A stretch of DNA of 64,000 nt, from assembly GCA_051313645.2 (NCBI GenBank), contig JBNRSN020000007.1, positions 33,604,001 to 33,668,000 on the forward strand, read 5' to 3'. The translations under genes and the position numbers were made by a program. Below are positions 61,387-64,000 of this stretch, one piece after another. This DNA is from Centroscyllium fabricii. Taxonomy: Eukaryota. Positions within the stretch are counted from its first letter, which is position 1; every line of letters starts with the position of its first letter. The notes beneath the pieces are model-generated. The model made no database searches. It was not told the origin of the DNA and worked only from the letters and a program-made list of their open reading frames with translations.

Positions 61387-61913
61387 GGGCGGCACGGTGG
61401 CATAGTGGTTAGCACTGTTGCCTTACAGCACTAGAGACCCGGGTTCAAATCCAGCCTCGGGTGACTATCTGTGTGGATATAATGTGGAGGTGTCGGTGTT
61501 GACCTGACGAAGGGGCACACGCTCCGAAAGCTTGTGATTTAAAATAAAACCGTTGGACTATAAACCTGGTGTTGTGTGACTTTTTGCATTTATCTGTGTG
61601 GAGTTTGCACATTCACCCCGTGTCTGCGTGGGTTTCCTCCGGGTGCTCCGGTTTCCTCCCACAGTCCAAAGATATGCGGGTTAGGTTGATTGGCCAGGAT
61701 AAATTGACCCTTAGTGTTAGGGGGATTGAATATGTGGGGTTACGGGGATAGGGTGGGATATGTGTCGGTGTAGGCTCAATAGGGATCGAGGGATATGGGG
61801 ACAAGGCAGGGACAGGGTACTGGGTTTGGATGATCAGCCATGATCTCATTGAATGGCGGAGCAGGCTCAAAGGGCCGAATGGCCTACTCCTGCTCCTATC
61901 TTCTATGTTTCTA
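61387..61913 (+). mobile_element. HE1 SINE with a nested Penelope fragment (~61478-61590, hammerhead at ~61501-61537)
   Basis: tatctgtgtgga is duplicated on both sides of the insert; ctgacga-aggggc-acac-gctcc-gaaagctt. Confidence 0.87.
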
Positions 61914-61974
61914 TAAATACATGTTGAATAGAATGGAATATTTGCAGTCAAAATTACTGTCAATGCTGTCTTAC

Positions 61975-62029
61975 CTTTACTTTTAATATCTTCGCCGGCT
62001 AATAGTGGTACTTCCTCGGTTTGTTGTGC
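61975..62029 (-). CDS. MTM1: Myotubularin coding exon (equivalent to MTM1 exon 3), 55 nt
   Basis: Minus strand: ctggcatttctttttcAG|GCA CAA CAA ACC GAG GAA GTA CCA CTA TTA GCC GGC GAA GAT ATT AAA AGT AAA G|GTaaga = AQQTEEVPLLAGEDIKSK(E). Resembles MTM1 TEAVPRLPGETLITD and MTMR2 EEPPLLPGENIK. Ends in phase 1 and joins the next exon in frame. Confidence 0.85.
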
Positions 62030-64000
62030 CTGAAAAAGAAATGCCAGATTAATCTCTTAAATGATTTGGTCTACGGATTTTGTTTACCAAATCTTATGCT
62101 GCAGCGATTACTAAATTAGCTCTGGTCATTCTGCACAACAAACAGAGTACTTTACTGGCAAATCCTAGAACTTTACAAATGTCCAAACTCAATTCATCAC
62201 TTTTGACAGGAACACTTCGTTTTTGAAATCAGGAGTTGAATTTAATATTTGTTTTCTCCCAAAATCCCATTACAATAAACATAAACACCCTTTCTAAAGT
62301 TACTATTTCACCTCAGAACCCTCCATAAAAACATTTTAAAAATATAAGTAAATCATACAAGTTAAAATAAATCAATGCATTCTTCATGTTTTCAGGAACG
62401 CTCAATTACTGGTAAAATTGGAAACAATAGTCTTGGAACAGACTTTATATCATCTCTAGTTTTTTTATTTACTGCTTTTTAAAGGCTTGGCTTTGTGGCC
62501 TTTTGAGCATCCCTGATTATAGTCGCTCCACCATTGGTGGCCGTGCCGTCTGTTGCCTGGGCCCCAAGCTCTGGAATTCCCGCCCTAAACCTCTACGCCT
62601 CTCTACCTCGCTCTCCTCCTTTAAGACGCTCCTTAAAACCTACCTCTTTGACCAAGCTTTTGGTCACCTGCCCTAATTTATCCTTATGTGGCTCAGTGTC
62701 AGATTTTTGTCTTAAAATACTCCTGTGAAGCGCCTTGGGACGTTTTTCTAAGTTAAAGGCGCTATATAAACACAAGCTGCTGTTGTTGTGGTGTATAAAC
62801 TAACTAACATTAACCTCATCCTACCACTTCTCGCTATTATTGATGCCCAACTTTCAGCCTATAAATTTCTCACTACCACATCCACACTGAACTCAGACCC
62901 TGAAGAAAGGTCATCAACCTGAAACGGTGGGGGGTGGGGGGGATTTTGCTGGTACTGCGGGAACCTGGCGGTGATTGGTCGGGGCGGGTTCCTGTCCCGC
63001 CCGCAGACCTGGGAACCCCACGCAATTTTAATTTAATTGAGTAATTAAATCCCTGCGTGCGGCAGCCGGTGGTAATTGACTCAATCGAGTCGGAGCTGTA
63101 GCCGGCTGCGAGGAGCTTGATTGACATAAGAACATAAGAAATAGGAGCAGGAGTAGGCCAATCGGCCCCTCGAGCCTGCTCCGCCATTCAACAAGATCAT
63201 GGCTGATCTGATCCTAACCTCAATTTTATTTTAACTCTCCACCCCACCCAAACCCATGTGATCACCTGGGAGAGGCGAAAAACCAGATAAAAAACCCAGT
63301 AGCCAATTTGGGAGAAAAAATCTGGGAAATTCCTCTCCGACCCATCTAGGCGATCGAAAACTGGTCCAGATCACATGGCCGATCTGAACCTATCCTCACG
63401 TCCACTTACCTCCCCGCTCACCATAACCCCTAATTCCCTTTACTTCCAGGAAACTGTCTATCTCTGTTTTAAAATTATTCAAAGTAGTAGCATCCACAGC
63501 TCTCTGGGGCAGCAAATTCCACAGCCCCACCACCCTCTGGGTGAAGAAATTTCTCCTCATCTCTGTCCTAAATGAGTCACCCCTTATCCTTAGACTATGG
63601 CCCCTGGTTCTGGACTCTCCTACCATCGGGAACATTCTTCCTGCATCAAGTCTGTCCAGTCCAGACAGTTCCCGCACTGGTTGTTGACCGTTCCCATGGA
63701 AACAATCCACTGTGACATCACAGTCGAGTGGAACCAATGGGAAAGGTCAAGTGCTGGTGACTGACAGGTGGGCGGGCGGGCTGGCTCCGAATCCTTGATG
63801 CTCGGCACCGGCTGTCAGGAAATGTGCAAAGCTGAGATTTCTCCGTTTTTTGCCCATAGCTAGTGTATCCACCACGGAGTGACTTACTCCACTAAGGTGC
63901 TGAAGACCTGCGAAGCATTTTGCAGCATGTCCTTCAACACCTTGAAGGAGAAAGTAATGAACAGCGCTGTGCTCCCGCTGGATTTCACCAGCGGGGTTAT

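Overview
Vertebrate (almost certainly shark/elasmobranch) genomic DNA, mostly intronic and densely packed with transposable elements. The host gene runs on the minus strand. Four short GT-AG exons (61975-62029, 61065-61159, 38176-38286, 16131-16232; 363 nt, 121 aa) splice in frame to give the PH-GRAM domain of myotubularin, most similar to MTM1. The ORF track misses all four, and I found no further exons inside the window. The introns (815 bp, 22.8 kb, 21.9 kb, >16 kb) contain two Gypsy LTR retrotransposon remnants and a solo LTR. They also hold many CR1, CR1/Zenon-like, L2, RTE and Rex1 LINE pieces, HE1 (V-domain), Deu-domain and LmeSINE-like SINEs, and Penelope-like elements carrying about 10 minimal hammerhead ribozyme motifs. 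Several MITE families are present (Tigger-like, PIF/Harbinger-like, one Academ-like), and many elements are nested inside one another. Most interesting: (1) a CR1 subfamily, four copies here, whose 3' UTR carries a ~180-nt insert that folds into a double U-rich-internal-loop hairpin followed by an A-rich tract, resembling ENE triple-helix RNA stability elements; (2) Penelope hammerheads with a compensatory U3-A8 core beside canonical C3-G8 copies, some in the sense of the host pre-mRNA; (3) a tandem Harbinger doublet nested in an Academ-like element nested in a SINE. Coordinates were read by eye. Family names come from recalled motifs, not database searches.
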